A DNA stretch of 64,000 nucleotides. Source: Escherichia coli. GTDB taxonomy: Bacteria; Pseudomonadota; Gammaproteobacteria; Enterobacterales; Enterobacteriaceae. The position numbers and the translations under genes are program-made. The notes under the pieces are model-generated. The model had not been told where the DNA came from, searched no databases, and was given only the letters and a program-made list of their open reading frames with translations. Shown here piece by piece: positions 54,924-64,000 of the stretch. Positions within the stretch are counted from its first letter, which is position 1. Each line of letters starts with the position of its first letter. Location of the stretch: the NCBI RefSeq assembly GCF_965641715.1, contig NZ_OZ282453.1. One strand, written 5' to 3'.

Positions 54924-56402
54924 ATGAGCTTACGTGAAAAAACCATCAGCGGCGCGAAGTGGTCGGCGATTGCCACGGTGATCATCATCGGCCTCGGGCT
55001 GGTGCAGATGACCGTGCTGGCGCGGATTATCGACAACCACCAGTTCGGCCTGCTGACTGTGTCGCTGGTGATTATCGCGCTGGCAGATACGCTTTCTGAC
55101 TTTGGTATCGCTAACTCGATTATTCAGCGAAAAGAAATCAGCCACCTTGAACTCACCACGCTGTACTGGCTGAACGTCGGGCTGGGGCTTGTGGTGTGCG
55201 TGGCGGTGTTTTTGTTGAGTGATGCCATTGGCGACGTGCTGAATAACCCGGACCTGGCACCGTTGATTAAAACATTGTCGCTGGCGTTTGTGGTGATCCC
55301 CCACGGGCAACAGTTCCGCGCGTTGATGCAGAAGGAGCTGGAGTTCAACAAAATCGGCATGATCGAAACCAGCGCGGTGCTGGCGGGCTTCACTTTTACG
55401 GTGGTTAGCGCCCATTTCTGGCCGCTGGCGATGACCGCGATCCTCGGTTATCTGGTCAATAGTGCGGTAAGAACGCTGCTGTTTGGCTACTTTGGCCGCA
55501 AAATTTATCGCCCTGGTCTGCATTTCTCGCTGGCGTCTGTTGCACCGAACTTACGCTTTGGTGCCTGGCTGACGGCGGACAGCATCATCAACTATCTCAA
55601 TACCAACCTTTCGACGCTGGTGCTGGCGCGTATTCTCGGCGCGGGCGTGGCAGGGGGATACAACCTGGCGTACAACGTGGCCGTTGTGCCACCGATGAAG
55701 CTGAACCCAATCATCACCCGCGTGTTGTTTCCGGCATTCGCCAAAATTCAGGACGACACCGAAAAGCTGCGCGTTAACTTCTACAAGCTGCTGTCGGTAG
55801 TGGGGATTATCAACTTTCCGGCTCTGCTGGGGCTGATGGTGGTGTCGAATAACTTTGTACCGCTGGTCTTTGGTGAGAAGTGGAACAGCATTATTCCGGT
55901 GCTGCAATTGCTGTGTGTGGTGGGTCTGCTGCGTTCGGTGGGTAACCCGATTGGTTCGCTGCTGATGGCGAAAGCGCGGGTCGATATCAGCTTTAAATTC
56001 AACGTATTCAAAACATTTCTGTTTATTCCGGCGATTGTTATTGGTGGGCAGATGGCGGGCGCAATCGGCGTCACGCTCGGTTTCCTGCTGGTGCAGATTA
56101 TCAACACCATTCTCAGTTACTTCGTGATGATTAAACCGGTTCTTGGTTCCAGTTATCGCCAGTACATCCTGAGTTTATGGCTGCCGTTTTATCTCTCGCT
56201 GCCGACGCTGGTGGTCAGTTATGCACTGGGCATTGTGCTGAAAGGGCAACTGGCGCTGGGGATGCTGCTGGCGGTGCAAATAGCCGCAGGCGTGCTGGCG
56301 TTTGTGGTGATGATTGTGCTGTCGCGCCATCCGTTGGTGGTGGAAGTAAAGCGTCAGTTTTGTCGCAGCGAAAAAATGAAAATGCTTTTACGGGCGGGGT
56401 GA
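54924..56402 (+). CDS. wzxC: Colanic acid repeat-unit flippase WzxC
   Basis: 492-aa polytopic membrane ORF. Confidence 0.95.
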   Translation: MSLREKTISGAKWSAIATVIIIGLGLVQMTVLARIIDNHQFGLLTVSLVIIALADTLSDFGIANSIIQRKEISHLELTTLYWLNVGLGLVVCVAVFLLSDAIGDVLNNPDLAPLIKTLSLAFVVIPHGQQFRALMQKELEFNKIGMIETSAVLAGFTFTVVSAHFWPLAMTAILGYLVNSAVRTLLFGYFGRKIYRPGLHFSLASVAPNLRFGAWLTADSIINYLNTNLSTLVLARILGAGVAGGYNLAYNVAVVPPMKLNPIITRVLFPAFAKIQDDTEKLRVNFYKLLSVVGIINFPALLGLMVVSNNFVPLVFGEKWNSIIPVLQLLCVVGLLRSVGNPIGSLLMAKARVDISFKFNVFKTFLFIPAIVIGGQMAGAIGVTLGFLLVQIINTILSYFVMIKPVLGSSYRQYILSLWLPFYLSLPTLVVSYALGIVLKGQLALGMLLAVQIAAGVLAFVVMIVLSRHPLVVEVKRQFCRSEKMKMLLRAG

Positions 56403-56439
56403 GTTGTTGTTTTCGGTTCCGACAACGGTTGCCGGGTGC

Positions 56440-56715
<276 letters not shown>

Positions 56716-56773
56716 AAACGGCAACGAACACAACAAACACAGCCTCACCTGGCATCACATTTATGAGGAAAAA

Positions 56774-58054
56774 ATGAAATTACTTATTCTGGGCAACCAC
56801 ACTTGCGGCAATCGTGGCGACAGCGCCATCTTGCGCGGCTTACTTGATGCCATCAACATCCTCAATCCACACGCAGAAGTGGACGTGATGAGCCGCTATC
56901 CGGTCAGTTCTTCCTGGCTGCTCAACCGCCCGGTAATGGGTGATCCGCTGTTCCTTCAAATGAAACAACACAACAGCGCGGCGGGCGTTGTCGGGCGCGT
57001 TAAAAAAGTCCTCCGTCGCCGCTATCAACACCAGGTACTGCTCTCGCGCGTCACCGACACTGGCAAGCTGCGTAATATCGCCATCGCCCAGGGATTCACC
57101 GACTTCGTGCGCCTGCTGTCAGGTTACGACGCCATTATCCAGGTCGGCGGATCGTTTTTTGTCGATCTCTACGGCGTGCCGCAGTTTGAACATGCGCTTT
57201 GCACGTTTATGGCGAAAAAGCCGCTGTTTATGATTGGTCACAGCGTCGGTCCCTTCCAGGATGAGCAATTTAACCAACTGGCGAACTACGTTTTTGGTCA
57301 CTGCGACGCGCTGATCCTGCGCGAATCGGTCAGCCTTGATTTGATGAAACGCAGCAATATCACTACCGCAAAAGTGGAACATGGCGTCGATACCGCGTGG
57401 CTGGTCGATCACCACACAGAAGACTTCACCGCCAGCTATGCCGTCCAACACTGGCTGGACGTTGCCGCACAACAGAAAACGGTGGCAATTACCCTGCGCG
57501 AACTGGCACCGTTCGACAAACGTCTCGGCACCACTCAACAAGCGTATGAAAAAGCCTTTGCCGGGGTGGTCAATCGCATTCTCGACGAAGGCTATCAGGT
57601 CATTGCGCTCTCCACCTGTACGGGCATCGACAGCTATAACAAAGACGACCGCATGGTGGCGCTCAACCTGCGCCAGCATATCAGCGATCCTGCCCGTTAC
57701 CACGTAGTGATGGATGAACTTAACGATCTGGAAATGGGCAAAATTCTCGGTGCCTGTGAACTCACCGTTGGTACGCGTCTGCACTCCGCTATTATCTCAA
57801 TGAACTTTGCTACTCCGGCGATTGCCATCAACTATGAACATAAATCCGCTGGGATCATGCAGCAGCTGGGGCTGCCAGAGATGGCAATTGATATCCGTCA
57901 TTTATTAGACGGCAGCCTGCAAGCGATGGTTGCGGATACCTTAGGCCAACTTCCGGCGCTGAACGCGCGACTTAACGAAGCTGTCAGTCGCGAACGTCAG
58001 ACGGGAATGCAGATGGTGCAATCTGTGCTTGAACGCATCGGGGAGGTGAAATGA
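56774..58054 (+). CDS. wcaK: Colanic acid pyruvyl transferase WcaK
   Basis: 426-aa ORF; synteny. Confidence 0.9.
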   Translation: MKLLILGNHTCGNRGDSAILRGLLDAINILNPHAEVDVMSRYPVSSSWLLNRPVMGDPLFLQMKQHNSAAGVVGRVKKVLRRRYQHQVLLSRVTDTGKLRNIAIAQGFTDFVRLLSGYDAIIQVGGSFFVDLYGVPQFEHALCTFMAKKPLFMIGHSVGPFQDEQFNQLANYVFGHCDALILRESVSLDLMKRSNITTAKVEHGVDTAWLVDHHTEDFTASYAVQHWLDVAAQQKTVAITLRELAPFDKRLGTTQQAYEKAFAGVVNRILDEGYQVIALSTCTGIDSYNKDDRMVALNLRQHISDPARYHVVMDELNDLEMGKILGACELTVGTRLHSAIISMNFATPAIAINYEHKSAGIMQQLGLPEMAIDIRHLLDGSLQAMVADTLGQLPALNARLNEAVSRERQTGMQMVQSVLERIGEVK

Positions 58055-59271
58055 AGGTCGGCTTCTTTTTACTGAAATTTCCGTTGTCGTCGGAAACCTT
58101 CGTTCTTAACCAAATCACTGCGTTTATTGATATGGGATTTGAGGTGGAGATTATCGCGCTGCAAAAAGGCGACACACAAAACACCCACGCGGCATGGACG
58201 AAATACAACCTTGCTGCCAGAACCCGCTGGTTACAGGACGAACCTACGGGCAAAGTGGCGAAACTGCGCCACCGCGCCAGCCAGACCTTACGCGGCATTC
58301 ATCGTAAAAATACCTGGCAGGCGCTCAACCTCAAACGCTATGGTGCTGAGTCGCGGAACCTGATTTTGTCTGCCATTTGCGGTCAGATCGCAACACCATT
58401 TCATGCCGATGTCTTTATCGCTCATTTTGGCCCTGCGGGGGTAACCGCAGCAAAACTACGCGAACTGGGTGTCATTCGCGGCAAAATTGCCACTATCTTT
58501 CACGGTATTGATATCTCCAGTCGGGAAGTGCTCAACCACTACACTCCCGAATATCAACAACTGTTTCGCCGTGGCGACCTGATGTTACCGATAAGCGATT
58601 TGTGGGCCGGAAGGCTGCAAAAAATGGGCTGCCCGAGGGAAAAAATCGCCGTATCGCGCATGGGCGTGGACATGACGCGCTTTAGCCCGCGTCCGGTGAA
58701 AGCGCCCGCAACGCCGCTGGAAATCATCTCCGTCGCACGCTTAACCGAAAAAAAAGGCCTGCATGTGGCGATCGAAGCCTGCCGTCAGTTGAAAGAGCAG
58801 GGCATGGCATTTCGCTATCGCATCCTCGGCATTGGCCCGTGGGAACGACGCCTGCGTACCCTCATCGAACAATATCAACTGGAAGATGTGGTAGACATGC
58901 CGGGCTTTAAACCGAGCCACGAAGTGAAAGCGATGCTCGACGACGCGGATGTCTTCCTGTTGCCATCGGTAACGGGCGCGGATGGCGATATGGAAGGTAT
59001 TCCGGTGGCGCTAATGGAAGCGATGGCGGTCGGCATTCCGGTGGTTTCTACTCTGCATAGCGGAATACCGGAATTGGTGGAGGCCGATAAATCCGGCTGG
59101 CTGGTGCCTGAGAACGATGCTCGCGCACTGGCACAACGTCTGGCGGCGTTTAGCCAACTGGACACCGACGAACTGGCTCCGGTCGTCAAACGTGCGCGCG
59201 AAAAAGTCGAACACGATTTTAACCAGCAGGTGATCAATCGAGAACTCGCCAGCTTGCTGCAAGCTTTATAG
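58051..59271 (+). CDS. wcaL: Colanic acid glycosyltransferase WcaL (GT4)
   Basis: 406-aa ORF overlapping wcaK stop. Confidence 0.9.
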   Translation: MKVGFFLLKFPLSSETFVLNQITAFIDMGFEVEIIALQKGDTQNTHAAWTKYNLAARTRWLQDEPTGKVAKLRHRASQTLRGIHRKNTWQALNLKRYGAESRNLILSAICGQIATPFHADVFIAHFGPAGVTAAKLRELGVIRGKIATIFHGIDISSREVLNHYTPEYQQLFRRGDLMLPISDLWAGRLQKMGCPREKIAVSRMGVDMTRFSPRPVKAPATPLEIISVARLTEKKGLHVAIEACRQLKEQGMAFRYRILGIGPWERRLRTLIEQYQLEDVVDMPGFKPSHEVKAMLDDADVFLLPSVTGADGDMEGIPVALMEAMAVGIPVVSTLHSGIPELVEADKSGWLVPENDARALAQRLAAFSQLDTDELAPVVKRAREKVEHDFNQQVINRELASLLQAL

Positions 59272-59281
59272 AGGAGAACGC

Positions 59282-60676
59282 ATGCCATTTAAAACACTCT
59301 CCCGACGCACCTTCCTGACGGCAAGCTCGGCGCTTGCCTTCCTCCATACCCCTTTCGCTCGCGCACTTCCCGCCCGACAAAGCGTTAACATTAACGACTA
59401 CAACCCTCACGACTGGATCGCCTCATTTAAACAAGCCTTCAGCGAAGGGCAAACGGTCGTCGTGCCTGCTGGATTCGTTTGTGACAATATCAACACCGGC
59501 ATCTTCATCCCTCCCGGCAAAACGTTACACATCCTTGGAAGCCTGCGCGGCAACGGCAGAGGGCGATTTGTCTTACAGGACGGCAGCCAGGTGACAGGGG
59601 AGGAGGGCGGCAGTATGCATAACATCACCCTGGATGTGCGAGGCTCTGACTGCACCATCAAAGGGCTGGCGATGAGCGGCTTTGGTCCGGTAACGCAGAT
59701 TTATATCGGCGGCAAAAACAAACGGGTCATGCGCAACCTGACCATCGATAATCTCACCGTTAACCACGCTAATTACGCTATTTTGCGCCAGGGATTTCAT
59801 AACCAGATTATCGGTGCCAACATCACCAACTGTAAATTTAGTGATTTACAGGGCGACGCCATTGAATGGAACGTGGCGATTAACGACCGTGATATTTTGA
59901 TATCTGACCATGTCATCGAGCGCATCAACTGTACCAACGGCAAAATCAACTGGGGCATCGGCATAGGTCTTGCGGGAAGCACTTATGATAATAATTACCC
60001 GGAAGACCAGGCAGTGAAAAACTTTGTCGTGGCGAATATCACGGGAACGGATTGTCGGCAGTTGATCCATGTTGAAAATGGTAAACATTTTGTTATTCGT
60101 AATATCAAAGCCCGCAATATCACGCCGGATTTCAGTAAGAAAGCAGGTATTGATAACGCGACGGTCGCTATTTACGGTTGTGACAATTTCGCAATTGATA
60201 ATATTGAAATGATTAATAGCGCCGGGATGTTAATCGGCTATGGGGTAATTAAAGGCAAATATCTCTCGATACCGCAAAATTTCCGAGTGAATAATATTCA
60301 ACTGGATAACACCCATCTTGCTTATAAATTGCGCGGCATCCAAATCTCCGCTGGGAATGCCGTCTCCTTTGTGGCGCTGACTAACATTGAGATGAAGCGT
60401 GCGTCGCTGGAGTTACACAACAAACCGCAACACCTTTTTATGCGTAATATCAAGGTGATGCAGGAATCCTCAGTTGGACCCGCATTGAGCATGAACTTCG
60501 ACATGCGCAAAGACGTTCGCGGCGTCTTTATGGCGAAAAAAGAAACACTGCTGTCTCTTGCAAATGTTCATGCGGTGAATGAAAAAGGGCAAAGCTCCGT
60601 CGATATCGACAGAGTTAATCACCATATTGTTAATGTGGAAAAGATTAACTTTAGATTGCCGGAACGGAGGGAGTAG
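59282..60676 (+). CDS. wcaM: Colanic acid biosynthesis protein WcaM (putative Tat-exported, beta-helix)
   Basis: 464-aa ORF with twin-arginine-like N-terminus ([22 protein letters not shown]). Confidence 0.9.
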   Translation: MPFKTLSRRTFLTASSALAFLHTPFARALPARQSVNINDYNPHDWIASFKQAFSEGQTVVVPAGFVCDNINTGIFIPPGKTLHILGSLRGNGRGRFVLQDGSQVTGEEGGSMHNITLDVRGSDCTIKGLAMSGFGPVTQIYIGGKNKRVMRNLTIDNLTVNHANYAILRQGFHNQIIGANITNCKFSDLQGDAIEWNVAINDRDILISDHVIERINCTNGKINWGIGIGLAGSTYDNNYPEDQAVKNFVVANITGTDCRQLIHVENGKHFVIRNIKARNITPDFSKKAGIDNATVAIYGCDNFAIDNIEMINSAGMLIGYGVIKGKYLSIPQNFRVNNIQLDNTHLAYKLRGIQISAGNAVSFVALTNIEMKRASLELHNKPQHLFMRNIKVMQESSVGPALSMNFDMRKDVRGVFMAKKETLLSLANVHAVNEKGQSSVDIDRVNHHIVNVEKINFRLPERRE

Positions 60677-60850
60677 ATTTGCGACCATTCCTGGAAAAAT
60701 GGAGCCATACTTAGGAACAATGCTACTGCAATCCACAACGAAGCGGCGTAACATCACAAGTAATTCAGTAATCAATTCAGGGTAATTGATGCTGGCGAAA
60801 AAAATCGAACAAGCTATAATTCAGCAACCATTTTACAGGTGGATGAAATA

Positions 60851-61744
60851 ATGACGAATTTAAAAGCAGTTATTCCTGTAGCGGGTCTTGGGATGCATAT
60901 GTTGCCTGCCACTAAGGCGATTCCCAAAGAGATGCTACCGATCGTCGACAAGCCAATGATTCAGTACATTGTTGACGAGATTGTGGCTGCAGGGATCAAA
61001 GAAATCCTCCTGGTAACTCACGCGTCCAAGAACGCGGTCGAAAACCACTTCGACACCTCTTATGAGTTAGAGTCTCTCCTTGAACAGCGCGTGAAGCGTC
61101 AGCTGCTGGCGGAAGTGCAGTCCATCTGTCCACCGGGCGTGACCATTATGAACGTGCGTCAGGGCGAACCTTTAGGTTTAGGCCACTCCATTTTGTGTGC
61201 ACGACCCGCCATTGGTGACAATCCATTTGTCGTGGTGCTGCCAGACGTTGTGATCGACGACGCCAGCGCCGACCCGCTGCGTTACAACCTTGCTGCCATG
61301 ATTGCACGTTTCAATGAAACGGGCCGCAGTCAGGTGCTGGCAAAACGTATGCCGGGTGACCTCTCTGAATACTCGGTCATCCAGACCAAAGAACCGCTGG
61401 ATCGCGAAGGTAAAGTCAGCCGCATCGTCGAATTTATCGAAAAACCGGATCAGCCGCAGACGCTGGACTCAGACATCATGGCCGTTGGTCGCTATGTGCT
61501 TTCTGCCGATATTTGGCCGGAACTGGAACGTACTCAGCCTGGTGCATGGGGGCGTATTCAGCTGACTGATGCCATCGCTGAACTGGCGAAAAAACAGTCC
61601 GTTGATGCCATGCTGATGACAGGTGACAGCTACGACTGCGGTAAAAAAATGGGCTATATGCAAGCGTTCGTGAAGTATGGGCTACGCAACCTCAAAGAAG
61701 GGGCGAAGTTCCGTAAAGGGATTGAGAAGCTGTTAAGCGAATAA
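60851..61744 (+). CDS. galF: UTP-glucose-1-phosphate uridylyltransferase regulatory paralogue GalF
   Basis: 297-aa product [32 protein letters not shown]...; ATG at 60851 inside track ORF 60839-61744. Confidence 0.95.
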   Translation: MTNLKAVIPVAGLGMHMLPATKAIPKEMLPIVDKPMIQYIVDEIVAAGIKEILLVTHASKNAVENHFDTSYELESLLEQRVKRQLLAEVQSICPPGVTIMNVRQGEPLGLGHSILCARPAIGDNPFVVVLPDVVIDDASADPLRYNLAAMIARFNETGRSQVLAKRMPGDLSEYSVIQTKEPLDREGKVSRIVEFIEKPDQPQTLDSDIMAVGRYVLSADIWPELERTQPGAWGRIQLTDAIAELAKKQSVDAMLMTGDSYDCGKKMGYMQAFVKYGLRNLKEGAKFRKGIEKLLSE

Positions 61745-62009
61745 TGAAAATCTGACCGGATGTAACGGTTGATAAGAAAATTATAACGGCAGTGAAGATT
61801 CGTGGCGAAAGTAATTTGTTGCGAATTTTCCTGCCGTTGTTTTATATAAACAATCAGAATAACAAGGAGTTAGCAATAGGATTTTAGTCAAAGTTTTCCA
61901 GGATTTTCCTTGTTTCCAGAGCGGATTGGTAAGACAATTAGCGTTTGAATTTTTCGGGTTTAGCGCGAGTGGGTAACGCTCGTCACATCGTAGGCATGCA
62001 TGCAGTGCT

Positions 62010-62041
62010 CTGGTAGCTGTAAAGCCAGGGGCGGTAGCGTG
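62010..62041 (+). promoter_or_regulatory. JUMPstart element with ops site (GGCGGTAGCGTG) upstream of the O-antigen (rfb) operon
   Basis: CTGGTAGCTGTAAAGCCAGGGGCGGTAGCGTG about 75 nt upstream of rfbB; near-duplicate of the element upstream of wza. Confidence 0.75.
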
Positions 62042-62115
62042 CATTAATACCTCTATTAATCAAACTAAGAGCCGCTTATTTCACAGCATGCTCTGAAGTA
62101 ATATGGAATAAAAGA

Positions 62116-63201
62116 GTGAAGATACTTGTTACTGGTGGCGCAGGATTTATTGGTTCTGCTGTAGTTCGTCACATTATAAATAATACGCAGGATAGTGTTG
62201 TTAATGTCGATAAATTAACGTACGCCGGAAACCTGGAATCACTTGCTGATGTTTCTGATTCTGAACGCTATATTTTTGAACATGCGGATATTTGCGATGC
62301 TGCTGCAATGGCACGGATTTTTGCTCAGCATCAGCCGGATGCAGTGATGCACTTGGCTGCTGAAAGCCATGTTGACCGTTCAATTACAGGTCCTGCGGCA
62401 TTTATTGAAACCAATATTGTTGGTACTTATGTCCTTTTGGAAGCCGCTCGCAATTACTGGTCTGCTCTTGATAGCGACAAGAAAAATAGCTTCCGTTTTC
62501 ATCATATTTCTACTGACGAAGTATATGGTGATTTGCCTCATCCTGACGAGGTAAATAATACAGAAGAATTACCCTTATTTACTGAGACAACAGCTTACGC
62601 GCCAAGCAGCCCTTATTCCGCATCCAAAGCATCCAGCGATCATTTAGTCCGCGCGTGGAAACGTACCTATGGTTTACCGACCATTGTGACTAATTGCTCT
62701 AACAATTATGGTCCTTATCATTTCCCGGAAAAATTGATTCCATTGGTTATTCTCAATGCTCTGGAAGGTAAAGCATTACCTATTTATGGTAAAGGGGATC
62801 AAATTCGCGACTGGCTGTATGTTGAAGATCATGCGCGTGCGTTATATACCGTCGTAACCGAAGGTAAAGCGGGTGAAACTTATAACATTGGTGGACACAA
62901 CGAAAAGAAAAACATCGATGTAGTGCTCACTATTTGTGATTTGTTAGATGAGATTGTCCCGAAAGAGAAATCTTACCGCGAGCAAATTACTTATGTTGCC
63001 GATCGTCCGGGACACGATCGCCGTTATGCGATTGATGCTGAGAACATTGGTCGCGAATTGGGATGGAAACCACAGGAAACGTTTGAGAGCGGGATTCGTA
63101 AAACGGTGGAATGGTACCTGTCCAATACAAAATGGGTTGATAATGTGAAAAGTGGTGCCTATCAATCGTGGATTGAACAGAACTATGAGGGCCGCCAGTA
63201 A
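62116..63201 (+). CDS. rfbB: dTDP-glucose 4,6-dehydratase (RmlB)
   Basis: 361-aa ORF, GTG start, SDR fold with [12 protein letters not shown]-binding motif. Confidence 0.95.
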   Translation: MKILVTGGAGFIGSAVVRHIINNTQDSVVNVDKLTYAGNLESLADVSDSERYIFEHADICDAAAMARIFAQHQPDAVMHLAAESHVDRSITGPAAFIETNIVGTYVLLEAARNYWSALDSDKKNSFRFHHISTDEVYGDLPHPDEVNNTEELPLFTETTAYAPSSPYSASKASSDHLVRAWKRTYGLPTIVTNCSNNYGPYHFPEKLIPLVILNALEGKALPIYGKGDQIRDWLYVEDHARALYTVVTEGKAGETYNIGGHNEKKNIDVVLTICDLLDEIVPKEKSYREQITYVADRPGHDRRYAIDAENIGRELGWKPQETFESGIRKTVEWYLSNTKWVDNVKSGAYQSWIEQNYEGRQ

Positions 63202-64000
63202 TGAATATCCTCCTTTTTGGCAAAACAGGGCAGGTAGGTTGGGAACTACAGCGTGCTCTGGCACCTCTGGGTAATTTGATTGCTCTTGATGTTCACTCCA
63301 CTGATTACTGTGGTGATTTTAGTAATCCTGAAGGTGTAGCTGAAACCGTAAGAAGCATTCGGCCTGATATTATTGTCAACGCAGCCGCTCACACCGCAGT
63401 AGACAAAGCAGAATCAGAACCGAAGTTTGCACAATTACTTAACGCGACGAGTGTCGAAGCGATCGCGAAAGCAGCCAATGAAGTCGGCGCTTGGGTTATT
63501 CACTACTCTACTGACTACGTATTTCCGGGGACCGGTGAAATACCATGGCTGGAGACGGATGCAACCGCACCACTAAATGTTTACGGTGAAACCAAGTTAG
63601 CCGGAGAAAAGGCGTTACAGGAATATTGCGCGAAGCATCTTATTTTCCGGACCAGCTGGGTCTATGCAGGAAAAGGAAATAACTTCGCCAAAACGATGCT
63701 ACGTCTGGCAAAAGAGCGTGAAGAATTAGCGGTTATTAACGATCAGTTTGGTGCGCCAACAGGTGCTGAACTGCTGGCTGATTGTACAGCACATGCCATT
63801 CGTGTCGCACTGAATAAACCGGATGTCGCAGGCTTGTACCATTTGGTAGCCAGTGGTACCACAACCTGGTACGATTATGCTGCGCTGGTTTTTGAAGAGG
63901 CGCGCAAAGCAGGCATTCCCCTTGCACTCAACAAGCTCAACGCAGTACCAACAACTGCCTATCCTACACCAGCTCGTCGTCCACATAACTCTCGCCTTAA
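63201..64000 (+). CDS. rfbD: dTDP-4-dehydrorhamnose reductase (RmlD), 5' portion; 3' end beyond window
   Basis: ATG overlapping rfbB stop (ATGA); frame open to window end, translation [30 protein letters not shown]...; not in ORF track because no stop within the window. Confidence 0.9.
   Translation, partial: MNILLFGKTGQVGWELQRALAPLGNLIALDVHSTDYCGDFSNPEGVAETVRSIRPDIIVNAAAHTAVDKAESEPKFAQLLNATSVEAIAKAANEVGAWVIHYSTDYVFPGTGEIPWLETDATAPLNVYGETKLAGEKALQEYCAKHLIFRTSWVYAGKGNNFAKTMLRLAKEREELAVINDQFGAPTGAELLADCTAHAIRVALNKPDVAGLYHLVASGTTTWYDYAALVFEEARKAGIPLALNKLNAVPTTAYPTPARRPHNSRL

Overview
This window is an Escherichia coli chromosomal segment, in reverse orientation relative to the K-12 map. All calls come from reading the sequence and the ORF track; no database search was run. 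Layout: (1) 1-6983, right arm of a P2-like prophage (tail genes FII, E/E', T, U, D, then ogr) ending at a P2-type 27-nt att core that is also the 3' end of the sRNA gene cyaR. (2) Between ogr and that att core sits an AT-rich, terminator-flanked cargo gene encoding a cytoplasmic HtrA-like serine protease with a C-terminal SEC-C zinc-binding tail; this is my best candidate for an undescribed prophage-borne system, possibly anti-phage or abortive-infection. (3) yegQ(rlhA), a ParD/ParE-like toxin-antitoxin pair, yegP. (4) baeSR-mdtABCD on the minus strand with a BaeR box upstream of mdtA. (5) Four tandem ~328-bp Ibs/Sib type I toxin-antitoxin repeats. (6) yegL-yegK-yegI, a translationally coupled vWA / PP2C phosphatase / Ser-Thr kinase triad (TerY-P-like). 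(7) yegD, alkA, dgcE, udk, dcd, asmA, yegH. (8) The complete colanic acid cluster wza-wzb-wzc-wcaA..wcaM with JUMPstart/ops, then galF and the start of the O-antigen locus (rfbB, partial rfbD). REP/BIME palindromes occupy several convergent intergenic gaps. CDS ends follow the ORF track; hand-counted small features (terminators, att core, ibs ORFs, motifs) may be off by 1-2 nt.
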